This document shows, in pieces, positions 8,066 through 16,707 of a stretch of 64,000 bases of DNA; within the stretch, counting starts at the first letter, position 1; every line of letters starts with the position of its first letter. The translations under genes and the position numbers were made by a program. Under the pieces are notes generated by a model. That model ran no database searches, was not told the DNA's origin, and saw only the letters and a program-made list of their open reading frames with translations. Origin of the DNA: Spirochaetia bacterium (GTDB lineage: Bacteria > Spirochaetota > Spirochaetia > SZUA-6 > Bin103); NCBI GenBank assembly GCA_965203515.1, contig OZ241907.1, positions 3,456,001 through 3,520,000 of the forward strand. The letters are read 5' to 3'.

Positions 8066-10389
8066 TGGCGGCCGGCGTCGTGCGGCGGCGCTGGGAAGAG
8101 CCGGCCCCGGTCGACGTGCCGGCGGCGCTGCGGGATGCCGTGGGCGGTCCGCCGGTGCTGGCCGAGACCCTGGTCCGGCGCGGCTACGACTCGCCCGAGC
8201 GCGCCTGCGCGTTCCTGGACCCGCGCCGCTACCGGCCGGCGCCGGCCGCCGACCTGCCGGACATGGCGCGCGCCGCCGACCGGATCGAGCGGGCGCTCCG
8301 CGACCGGGAGCGGATCGGCGTGTGGGGCGACTTCGACGTCGACGGCCAGACCTCCACGACGGTGCTGGTGGAGACGCTGCGCCGCCTGGGAGCGGCCCCG
8401 GAGTTCCACATCCCGATCCGCGCCACCGAGTCGCACGGCGTTGGCGTGGAGGCGCTGCGCGGCTTCCTGGACACCGGCGTCACGTTGATGATCACGTGCG
8501 ATACCGGCGTCGACGCCGCCGCGTCGGTGCGCTACGCCGCCGGCCGGGGCGTGGACGTGATCATCACCGATCACCACGACCTGCCCGACGAGCTGCCGCC
8601 GGCGCTGGCGGTGATCAACCCCAAGCGGATCGAGCGCCCTCACCCGCAGCGGGCGTTGCCGGGCGTGGGGGTGGCGTTCCAGGTGGCGCGCGAGCTGCTC
8701 GGACGCGCCGGCCGCATCGAGGAGTCGCGCGATCTGCTCGACCTGGTGGCGCTGGGAGTGGTGGCCGACCTGGCCGAACAGGTCGACGACACCCGGTTCT
8801 GGCTGCAGGTCGGCCTGCTGGTGCTGCGGCGCACCAGGCGGGTCGGACTGCAGGTGATGATGGAGGTGGCCGGCCTGAACCGGGAGGCGTTGGGTGAGGA
8901 GCAGATCGGCTTCGCGCTGGGGCCGCGCCTCAACGCCATCGGCCGGCTCGGCGACGCCAACCCGATCGTCGAGCTGATGACGACCGACTCGCGGCAGGAG
9001 GCGCGCCGGCAGGTGCTGGAGCTGGAGCGGCTGAACGCTCGACGGCGCCTGTTGACCGATCAGGTGTATGACGCGGCCTGCGAACGGATCGAGGCGGAGC
9101 CGGGCCTGCTCGACGATCCCGGCCTGATCCTGACTCACCCGGACTGGCCGCCCGGCGTGATCGGCATCGTCGCCAGCCGGCTGGTCGAGCGCTTCCACCG
9201 TCCCACGCTGATGCTGGCGACGCCCGACGATGGACCGGTGCGCGGATCGGCCCGGTCGATCCCGGGCTGCAACGTCAACGCCGCGATCGCCGCGTGCCAG
9301 GAGCTGCTGGACGGCTTCGGAGGCCACCCCATGGCCGCCGGTCTGTCGCTGCAGCCGGAACGGCTCGATCCGTTCCGGCGGGCGCTGCAGGGCGCGCTGC
9401 GCGAGCAGATCGGCGATGATGGCCCGCCGGCGCCCCGCCTGCGGATCGACGGCGTGCTCGACCTGGGACGGACCGATCTGACCCTGGTGGACGGGCTGGC
9501 CCGGCTCGGTCCGTTCGGCTCGGGCAACCCGGCGCTCACGTTCGCCAGCCATGGCGTCACGATCAAGGGGGTCGCGGACGTGGGGCGTGACGGTGAGCAC
9601 CGCAAGCTGCTGGTCGCCGACCGCACCGGGGCGGCGCGTTCGGTGCTGTGGTGGCAGAGCGGCGGCGTCCTGCCGCCGGAAGGCCGCTTCGACTTGGCGT
9701 ACCGCCTCTCGGCGCATGACTTCCGCGGGAACCGATCCGTGCAATTGGAGTGGGTCGACGCCCGGCCGGCAGCGGCGACCACGGCGATCACGGCCGGGGC
9801 GCGGCCGCCGGCCGTGGTCGATCACCGCGCCGGCGACGACGCCGCCGGCGGGCCGGCCGCACTGGTGGACCGGCTGGACGAGCGTGCGGTGATCTGGGGA
9901 GAGGACGGCGTGGCGGAGCCGGCCTGCGGCCGCGACCGGATCGGCCCCGCGCAGACGCTGGTGGTGTGGACGACGCCGCCGGGACGGGACGAGCTGCAGC
10001 AGGTGCTGCGGCAGGCGCAGCCGCGCACGCTGCATCTGTTCGCGGTCAATCCGCAGACCGCGCCGGCGGATCGGTTCCTGCACCGTCTTGCCGGCCTGTG
10101 CAAGCACGCGCTGCGTCACCACCAAGGCCGGGCAGCGATCGGCCGGCTGGCCGCGGCCAGCGCCCATCGCGAGGCGACGGTGCGCGCCGGCCTGGCGTGG
10201 CTCGCTGCGCGCGGCGATCTTGCGGTGCGGGAGGAAGGCGGAACCGTATTCCTGGCCGACGGCGGTCCGGCCGATCCGGCCGCCGCCGACCGAGCCTCGG
10301 CGCGCGTCCGCGAGCTGCTCACCGAGACCGCCGCGTACCGCCGCTTCTTCGCCGCCGCCCCCCTCGACGCCCTGCTGCGAACCCTGTAG
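8065..10389 (+). CDS. recJ: Single-stranded DNA exonuclease RecJ with C-terminal extension
   Basis: GDFDVDG, TCDTG, TDHH, PRLNAIGRL, GSARS, GGHPMAAG, PFGSGNP. Confidence 0.95.
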   Translation: MAAGVVRRRWEEPAPVDVPAALRDAVGGPPVLAETLVRRGYDSPERACAFLDPRRYRPAPAADLPDMARAADRIERALRDRERIGVWGDFDVDGQTSTTVLVETLRRLGAAPEFHIPIRATESHGVGVEALRGFLDTGVTLMITCDTGVDAAASVRYAAGRGVDVIITDHHDLPDELPPALAVINPKRIERPHPQRALPGVGVAFQVARELLGRAGRIEESRDLLDLVALGVVADLAEQVDDTRFWLQVGLLVLRRTRRVGLQVMMEVAGLNREALGEEQIGFALGPRLNAIGRLGDANPIVELMTTDSRQEARRQVLELERLNARRRLLTDQVYDAACERIEAEPGLLDDPGLILTHPDWPPGVIGIVASRLVERFHRPTLMLATPDDGPVRGSARSIPGCNVNAAIAACQELLDGFGGHPMAAGLSLQPERLDPFRRALQGALREQIGDDGPPAPRLRIDGVLDLGRTDLTLVDGLARLGPFGSGNPALTFASHGVTIKGVADVGRDGEHRKLLVADRTGAARSVLWWQSGGVLPPEGRFDLAYRLSAHDFRGNRSVQLEWVDARPAAATTAITAGARPPAVVDHRAGDDAAGGPAALVDRLDERAVIWGEDGVAEPACGRDRIGPAQTLVVWTTPPGRDELQQVLRQAQPRTLHLFAVNPQTAPADRFLHRLAGLCKHALRHHQGRAAIGRLAAASAHREATVRAGLAWLAARGDLAVREEGGTVFLADGGPADPAAADRASARVRELLTETAAYRRFFAAAPLDALLRTL

Positions 10390-10393
10390 CCCT

Positions 10394-12220
10394 TCAGGCT
10401 CTCATGAAACGCGGCGTCACGCGAGCATCACCGCCGATCAAGTCGAGTATCTCGTCGGTATCATCCGCAAATTGGCCGGCGCTCACGCTTAGATAACGCC
10501 AACTACTGAATTCCCGGCCGCCACGTGCGGACATTTCCTGCTTGGCTTTCTGGGCGAACGTCCCCGCTTCTGCCGCTTCCCCGACAGCCCAATAGCTGAT
10601 CGCCATACATTGGAAATAGTTAGGCCAAGGATCCTTCCACGGATCCACATGCTCGAGTTCGACGACTCGACGAAACGGATCGACGACGAGACTTCCTCGA
10701 TCTCCCCAGAGCGCCATGCCGTAGTTGAAGGCGAAATGAATGCTCATCTCCGCCACTTCGCGTGCTTCGCTTCTTATTATCTCAATGGCTTCGGCGAATC
10801 GTCCCAGGGCGATGGCCGCCAGCGACAGGGCATCCCGGGCAGCCTCCTGCTCGTCAGGCGACAAGCGTTCGGTAGCCAGAAGCGGGCGGAGAATATCACT
10901 TGCGATTGCGGCTTCGGCTTTAGACCCGTCCAGCTCGCTGGCGATCCACACGCGTTGGCTTGGCGGCAACGCTGACACGGCCGGAGACTCGGCTACCCTG
11001 GTCAGATCCTGCGGGGCGATCATGGAAATCGCCCTCCGCACCTGAGCCGGCGACGCATGATCCGATTGCAGCGCGTTCATCGCGTCGCGGCTGGCGGCTT
11101 CTCGGTCGGCGTGCTCCAAACGCGATATCGCCGCCCTGCCGAGATACACATCAGGTTCCCGATAGCCGGCATCCACGGCTCGGGTGAACAGCGCCGCCGC
11201 GTCATCCAGACGGCCTTCGTCAGCATGCAATGACCCCAATCGATACAGCACCTCACCGTCCGCCGAATGATTCGCTTCAATCGTTTTCAGATGCGTTTCG
11301 GCGTTCGCCAAAGACAACGACCGGCTTCCGGAAGTTCGCCAATGGTGCCGCGTTTCGGTGATGTAATCGAGTGCCCCATCACGATCCGCGGCGTTGAGGC
11401 GGATGATCTCACTGGTGACTTCGCGATACTCCTTCGCGAGCCGGCTTCGCGGTCGTTCCTTGGTGAAGACCACCTGATTCAGGAGCGACAGGCTGTCATA
11501 TCGATGAATCATCATCGGCTCCCTTCTAAAGTCAAGATTTCGCTGGAAGGAAACGATATTCTCCTCGAGAATCTTGTCTTCATCGTCAAGGTCCGGCACG
11601 TTGGACATGACGAAGTGCAGATCGATCGATCTGTCGCGAGGTCTATTTCGTTCCGCTCGGATGTCGCGTACGATCTTGGTCAGGCCGCGGAGATTCTGGG
11701 CGTTGGGAAAGAACAGTATGACCACGGAATCAGGGAGCTGCCGTGTGCAGATGCCGCCGACGTCGGAATGGCCGGTGCGCGAGTCGATCAGCACGTAGTC
11801 CGGCTTGATGAAAGCGTTCCACTGTTCCTTGAGGTCTTCGAACAGCAGATAACCATCGTGTCGTTCGTAGAGCTCCCCCCAATCGATCTGCGCATACGTC
11901 GCCGCATAGGTGCGTCGATCAGCGCCGGCAGGCATGACCCACAGATCCCCGCCGCCACTCGCTGATCGGGGTGACTCGAAAACAAATCTACCGACGTCGG
12001 GAGCCTGTCCGCTCTCGAGGTAGGTGCGCACAAAATCGATCACGCCGGGCGTCGTGCCGGCTGGTCTGAGGAGATCGAAGGTGTCGAGTCCGGGGGCCTC
12101 CAGATCGAAATCGACGGCGAGCACGCGACGGCCCCGGCGTGCGAGATCGACGGCGACGTTCGCAAGGGCCATCGTCCGTCCGACTCCGCCTTTGAACGAG
12201 TAGAACGTGGTTACGTACAC
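10394..12220 (-). CDS. ParA/MinD-like KGGVGR-variant ATPase with C-terminal TPR-like helical region
   Basis: GTG start 12220: VYVTTFYSFKGGVGRTMAL, DFDLEAPGL, DYVLIDSRTG; TPR-like segments EVLYRLGSLH..AAALFTRAV and FNYGMALW. Confidence 0.82.
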   Translation of the reverse strand: MYVTTFYSFKGGVGRTMALANVAVDLARRGRRVLAVDFDLEAPGLDTFDLLRPAGTTPGVIDFVRTYLESGQAPDVGRFVFESPRSASGGGDLWVMPAGADRRTYAATYAQIDWGELYERHDGYLLFEDLKEQWNAFIKPDYVLIDSRTGHSDVGGICTRQLPDSVVILFFPNAQNLRGLTKIVRDIRAERNRPRDRSIDLHFVMSNVPDLDDEDKILEENIVSFQRNLDFRREPMMIHRYDSLSLLNQVVFTKERPRSRLAKEYREVTSEIIRLNAADRDGALDYITETRHHWRTSGSRSLSLANAETHLKTIEANHSADGEVLYRLGSLHADEGRLDDAAALFTRAVDAGYREPDVYLGRAAISRLEHADREAASRDAMNALQSDHASPAQVRRAISMIAPQDLTRVAESPAVSALPPSQRVWIASELDGSKAEAAIASDILRPLLATERLSPDEQEAARDALSLAAIALGRFAEAIEIIRSEAREVAEMSIHFAFNYGMALWGDRGSLVVDPFRRVVELEHVDPWKDPWPNYFQCMAISYWAVGEAAEAGTFAQKAKQEMSARGGREFSSWRYLSVSAGQFADDTDEILDLIGGDARVTPRFMRA

Positions 12221-12222
12221 AA

Positions 12223-12786
12223 TCAACTCGCCTTTCTGAGGTCGAAGTTCTCTTGGCTCCGGCGGATTCTGTCGGAAACGGTCAGTACACGAAATTTGGG
12301 AATGTTTGGCGCGTAGGAAGGAAAAGATGCGTGCCGATCGGTAGTGAGATCGCGCAGGCGGTCCATGACTCCCGGTAGAGCCAGGAGTCGCAAATAACGA
12401 TCGTTGGCCTGATTCTGGACTACCGCGCCGTTTTCCCAGCGGTTGAGGGTGGCCTCGCCAAGACCGGTAAGCCCGGCGAACGCGGCTCTGGTCATCACGA
12501 ATTTCTGGCGAATGCCGCGTATTTCGGCGGGTGTCAGCACACCCAGATGACGGCATACGGCTTCGTGTCTCAGTCGTTCCCCTTCATGGTCGAGAAACTC
12601 GAAATCGCATGCGTCGCAGCGGCGAACGGGAAGATCGACCTCCAGCGTCGCCGCCGCATCGCCCGACCCGTACGTGAATGTATCGAGATGTCGGTACGTA
12701 GTGATCGAGTTCTCGCCGCACTGCGGACATTCGCAGTCTACGTTTGTCTTGTCGTCGCGCACCAGCATACTGTCGTTCGGTTCCAT
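12223..12786 (-). CDS. MqsA-family antitoxin (Zn finger + XRE HTH) with C-terminal tail
   Basis: CPQC...CDAC Zn pairs; LTPAEIRGIRQK..RAAFAGLTGLGEATLNRWENG..Q. Confidence 0.88.
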   Translation of the reverse strand: MEPNDSMLVRDDKTNVDCECPQCGENSITTYRHLDTFTYGSGDAAATLEVDLPVRRCDACDFEFLDHEGERLRHEAVCRHLGVLTPAEIRGIRQKFVMTRAAFAGLTGLGEATLNRWENGAVVQNQANDRYLRLLALPGVMDRLRDLTTDRHASFPSYAPNIPKFRVLTVSDRIRRSQENFDLRKAS

Positions 12787-12805
12787 CGCTGATTCCGGTC
12801 GTCCT

Positions 12806-13189
12806 CTATTCGTATTCGGAGTAGTGAAAGCTGCGCCCGATGATCTTCCCGGCGCCCAACTGAAGCTTTATGTAGAGCCGAGGCACGTCCGGTCCGAGAT
12901 CGATCTTCATGACGTAACCCTTGGCCCCCTTTGGCTTACGCAGATCGATGACGGTCACCTCTTGACCGTGTTCGAGACGTGTGGCTATCAGTTCCCAGGC
13001 GGTCGAGTCGGTGAAGTGCGTGTCCAGCAGTCCATCGGGATTGCGTACTTGGCCTGGACGCCAGTCCGCAGGTCGGTGCGGCTTGAACTCGGAGATGCGG
13101 GCTGTGCTGCGCCGTGCGAGCAAGGCCAACTGATGCCTCGTCGCGCCGTCGATTCCGGTCGGAAGCTCTCGTTGGTCACCGGTGGTCAT
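12806..13189 (-). CDS. Putative MqsR/RelE-like toxin
   Basis: 127 aa directly upstream of the MqsA-like gene; ends LYIKLQL..IIGRSFH, resembling the MqsR-like YxK..SFH C-terminus. Confidence 0.65.
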   Translation of the reverse strand: MTTGDQRELPTGIDGATRHQLALLARRSTARISEFKPHRPADWRPGQVRNPDGLLDTHFTDSTAWELIATRLEHGQEVTVIDLRKPKGAKGYVMKIDLGPDVPRLYIKLQLGAGKIIGRSFHYSEYE

Positions 13190-13203
13190 CCATCTCGTCT
13201 CAT

Positions 13204-13233
13204 ATCATATGATGCATGTTCGCTTGCAGTCAA
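13204..13233 (-). promoter_or_regulatory. Sigma70-like promoter of the toxin operon with a palindrome over the -10
   Basis: Minus strand TTGACT (13233-13228), 18 nt spacer, TATGAT (13209-13204); perfect palindrome ATCATATGAT at 13204-13213. Confidence 0.6.
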
Positions 13234-13352
13234 GTCCGAACAGCGATCATTTGATAGACGTGGGCGACCGATCAGGCGACACAGCAGATGGGCTGCCGGG
13301 TGCTGCGCCGCGCGGGGCGGATCGGCCAGCAGGTGATGTCAGGCACGGCGGG

Positions 13353-13946
13353 TCATCGAGACGACATCGTACCGCTTCTTCGCTGCAGCGCCGGCCGACT
13401 TCCTGATACGGGCGCTGCGGCGCCGTAGGCGATCTTCCGCCAGTCGACACCCCGATCGGCCAACCGCTCCACCAGCGCGGTGCGCCGATTGGACGATGCG
13501 ACGGCATGGATCGCGACCGTGACGCCGAGCGCCGCGGACGGAATCAGGAACCACGGCCAGTTGCCGCCGGACACCACGTTGACCATGAACAGCGCTCCGC
13601 TCAGCGCGGCGGCGAACGCTCCGTGCGAACGCAGGCCGGCGCGCGCCTTCTGGAAGCTCCGCACCAGCTTCAGCCGCCGCTCGTCGAGGTAGCCCGCCGC
13701 GTCCAGCTCGTCGGCGGCGCGGCGCCGGTTGTCGGCGTGCACGGCGTGCTGGATGACGGCCGTGGCCCCGAACGCGTACGGGATCAGGAACCAGGGATCA
13801 ACGCCTGCGGTCACGTTGATCAGGAACAGCACGGCGTTGATGCCGGCGAACGTGACGCCGTGCATCACCAGCGAACGTCGCGCGCGCGTCGCCTTGTCGC
13901 GGAGCGTCTCCCGCAGCTGATGAAAACGGTCGCTGAGTGGGGCCAT
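13353..13946 (-). CDS. Membrane protein with two 2TM-type helical hairpins
   Basis: Duplicated H..F...N..LFxIN....PWFLIP..G...H units; TATACT 12 nt before ATG 13946. Confidence 0.7.
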   Translation of the reverse strand: MAPLSDRFHQLRETLRDKATRARRSLVMHGVTFAGINAVLFLINVTAGVDPWFLIPYAFGATAVIQHAVHADNRRRAADELDAAGYLDERRLKLVRSFQKARAGLRSHGAFAAALSGALFMVNVVSGGNWPWFLIPSAALGVTVAIHAVASSNRRTALVERLADRGVDWRKIAYGAAAPVSGSRPALQRRSGTMSSR

Positions 13947-14060
13947 ACCGGTTCGGGGAGTATAGCGCGGTTGGCACGTTCGACGGGAAGCGCGCGACAC
14001 CGGCTTGACCGGCACAGGGCCGCGTTTGACCGCGCGCGCGTCGGGCGGGATGATCGAGGC

Positions 14061-14765
14061 GTGGCCGCGGAGGCCGGTTCGCTCAGCGTGATCGCCACGC
14101 CGATCGGGAATCTGGAAGACATCACCCTGCGGACGCTGCGCGTGCTGGGCGAGCTGGACGCGCTGGCGTGCGAGGACACGCGCCGCACCCGCGCCATCTA
14201 CGAGCACTACGATCTGGCCCGCCCGCGCAGCATCTTCTCCTGCCATCGTCACAACGAGGCGGCGGCCGGCGCGCGCATCCTGACGCTGCTCGCGCGCGGC
14301 GCCGCCGTGGGCCTGGTCTCGAACGCCGGCTATCCGTGCATCAGCGATCCCGGCCATCTGGTCGTGCGTCAGGCGATCGACGCCGGCCACCGGGTGGAGG
14401 TGATCCCGGGCGCGAGCGCCGTGCCCTGCGCCCTGATCGTCTCCGGACTGCCGGTCGGCGCCTACCTGTTCCTGGGCTTTCCGCCGCGCAAGGCGGGCCG
14501 GCTCCATTCGCTGCTCGTGGAGGCGGCGGAGCAGCAGGGCACGCTGGTGCTGTTCGAGGCGCCCGGACGGGTGGCCGCGCTGCTTGCGGCTGCGGTCGCC
14601 GCGCTCGGCGATCGGCGGGCCGCGGTCTGCATCGAGCTGACCAAACGATTCGAGCAGGTCCACCGCGGCTACCTGACCGATCTGATCGCGCGCGTCGATC
14701 GGATCGACCTGCGCGGGGAGGTCTGCGTTGTCATCGCCGGCAACGACCGCCGGCTCATCCGCTGA
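14061..14765 (+). CDS. rsmI: 16S rRNA (cytidine1402-2'-O)-methyltransferase
   Basis: ATPIGNLEDIT, ACEDTRRT, LVSNAGYPCISDPG, IPGASA, FLGFPP, ELTKRFE. Confidence 0.95.
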   Translation: MAAEAGSLSVIATPIGNLEDITLRTLRVLGELDALACEDTRRTRAIYEHYDLARPRSIFSCHRHNEAAAGARILTLLARGAAVGLVSNAGYPCISDPGHLVVRQAIDAGHRVEVIPGASAVPCALIVSGLPVGAYLFLGFPPRKAGRLHSLLVEAAEQQGTLVLFEAPGRVAALLAAAVAALGDRRAAVCIELTKRFEQVHRGYLTDLIARVDRIDLRGEVCVVIAGNDRRLIR

Positions 14766-15777
14766 AGCGCGCCCCCGGCGGCTGGCGACCGCCCATGGCG
14801 CGCTGCGGCTGCCGGCGTTTCTGCCGGACGCGACCCGCGGCGTGGTGCGCACGCTGTCGCCGGACGACCTGGCCGCCGCCGGCGTGGAGGCGCTCATGGT
14901 CAATTGCCTGCACTTGGCGCGGACACCGGGGACGCAGACGATCGCCCGCGTCGGCGGGCTGCACGCCTTCATGGGCTGGCGCGGCCCGCTGGCCGCCGAC
15001 TCGGGGGGATTCCAGGCGCTCTCCATGGCCGGAGCGCGGGTCACCGACCGCGGGTTGAGCGTCGCCGGCGCCGGAACCGACCGGCTGCACCTGACGCCGG
15101 AGCGTACGGTGCGCCGGCAGCTCCGGCTCGGCGCCGACATCGTCTTCTGCCTCGATCACTGCCCGCGGCCGGATGCCGACTACGCCGCCCACCGCCAGAG
15201 CGTGCGGCGCACCGTACGCTGGGCCGCCGCGTGCCGCGCGGAACTGGAGCGCGCCGGTGATTCCGGCGCTGCCGTGCCGCTGCTGTTCGCGGTGGTGCAG
15301 GGCGGCCCGCACCGCGACCTGCGCGCCGGGTGCGTGGAGGAGCTGGTGGCGATCGGATTCGACGGGCTGGGCTTCGGCGGCTGGCCGATCGCCGGCGGCC
15401 GGCTGGACGACATGGTGCACGCGGTGGCCGAGCTGGCGCCGGCCGAGGTGCCGCTGCACGGCCTGGGGATCGGCAGCCTGGGCGCGCTGCGCGAGGCGGC
15501 GGCCGCCGGCTACCGGCTGTTCGACTGCGTGCTGCCGACCCGAGACGCGCGCCACGGCCGCCTGTACGCGGACGGCGGCGGATCGGTGTCGATCCGGGAC
15601 GAGCGCTTTGCGCGCCGCCGGGAACCGGCCGTGGATGGCTGCGACTGCGCTGCGTGCCGGGCCTTTCCCGCCGCCTATCTGCACCATCTGTTCCGCGTCG
15701 GCGACGCGCTCGGCCACCGCCTCGCCTCGATCCACAACCTGCGGGTCTACAGCCGGGCGGCCGGCGCGGCGGCGTGA
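14728..15777 (+). CDS. tgt: tRNA-guanine transglycosylase (TGT) family protein
   Basis: DSGGFQ, LDHC, VVQGG, FDCVLPTRDARHG, CDCAAC..HN Zn site. Confidence 0.88.
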   Translation: MSSPATTAGSSAEARPRRLATAHGALRLPAFLPDATRGVVRTLSPDDLAAAGVEALMVNCLHLARTPGTQTIARVGGLHAFMGWRGPLAADSGGFQALSMAGARVTDRGLSVAGAGTDRLHLTPERTVRRQLRLGADIVFCLDHCPRPDADYAAHRQSVRRTVRWAAACRAELERAGDSGAAVPLLFAVVQGGPHRDLRAGCVEELVAIGFDGLGFGGWPIAGGRLDDMVHAVAELAPAEVPLHGLGIGSLGALREAAAAGYRLFDCVLPTRDARHGRLYADGGGSVSIRDERFARRREPAVDGCDCAACRAFPAAYLHHLFRVGDALGHRLASIHNLRVYSRAAGAAA

Positions 15778-16673
15778 TGAACGGGAGCGTGATGAGCGGA
15801 GCGCTCTCGTCCGCCGCGGAGCGGGAGCCGCCGGCGCCGGACCGGGAACTGGTGCGAGCGCTGCAGGCGACCCGCAAGTACCGGCGCGTCCACCCCGATC
15901 TGCTGGCGCGCGTGGCGGGCCGCGCGTTGGCCGGCCGCGCACTGGCGGGCCGCGGGCGCCGCGACGCTCTGAAAGCGGCCAAGCGCGCGCTGCACGAGAT
16001 CGCCGGCGCGTTCCTGGACGCCGATTCCTGCCGCCGCGCGGAGCGGCTGGCGCGGTCGCTCGCTGCCGCCGGCCCGGAGCGCCGCCGGGAGCTGTGCCGG
16101 GCGGTGCTCCGACTGCACGCTTCCAGCGCGGAGCGGCTGCCGGTGATGGCGGAGCTGTACGAACGGGTCTGGCAGGCGGCCGCCGGCGCCCGCGGCGTCC
16201 TGCGCTCCGCACCGGTGAGCGTGCTCGACGTCGCCTGCGGCCTGAACCCGTTCGCGCTGCCGTGGATGGGGCTGGCGCCCGGCAGCAGCTATCGCGGCGT
16301 CGACGCGGACGGCCGCGTGGTCGATCTGGCGCGGCCGGCCCTGCCGTATCTGGAGGTGCCCGCGTTGCGCGCGCCGCCGGAGGTCGAGGTGGCGGACGTC
16401 CTCCAACCGACGCCGGCGTTCGGCCGGTTCGACGTGGCGCTGCTGTTGAAGACCGTGCCGACCCTGGAGCGGCTGGCGCCGGGGACGAGCGGCGATCTGG
16501 TGCGGCGGATCGCCGCGCCGGTGGTGGTGATCTCCACCGCGACCGGCAGCCTTGGAGGAGGCAGGCGGCGCCTCCGTCACGACGAGTTGATCGAAAGGAC
16601 GCTGGCGGCCGGCGGTCGCCGTCCGGCGGCCCGCTTCGAGATCGCCGGCGAGTCGGTCGTCGTGGCGCGGTAG
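15777..16673 (+). CDS. ArmA/Rmt (FmrO)-family 16S rRNA m7G1405 methyltransferase-like protein
   Basis: KAAKRALHEIAGAF, LRLHASSAERLP, SVLDVACGLNPFALPW, DVALLLKTVPTLE, SLGG. Start 15777 overlaps the tgt stop; alternative 15792 has an SD. Confidence 0.85.
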   Translation: MNGSVMSGALSSAAEREPPAPDRELVRALQATRKYRRVHPDLLARVAGRALAGRALAGRGRRDALKAAKRALHEIAGAFLDADSCRRAERLARSLAAAGPERRRELCRAVLRLHASSAERLPVMAELYERVWQAAAGARGVLRSAPVSVLDVACGLNPFALPWMGLAPGSSYRGVDADGRVVDLARPALPYLEVPALRAPPEVEVADVLQPTPAFGRFDVALLLKTVPTLERLAPGTSGDLVRRIAAPVVVISTATGSLGGGRRRLRHDELIERTLAAGGRRPAARFEIAGESVVVAR

Positions 16674-16707
16674 GCCGCCGCCCGCGCCGCGGCGCGCCGC
16701 CGGCGCC

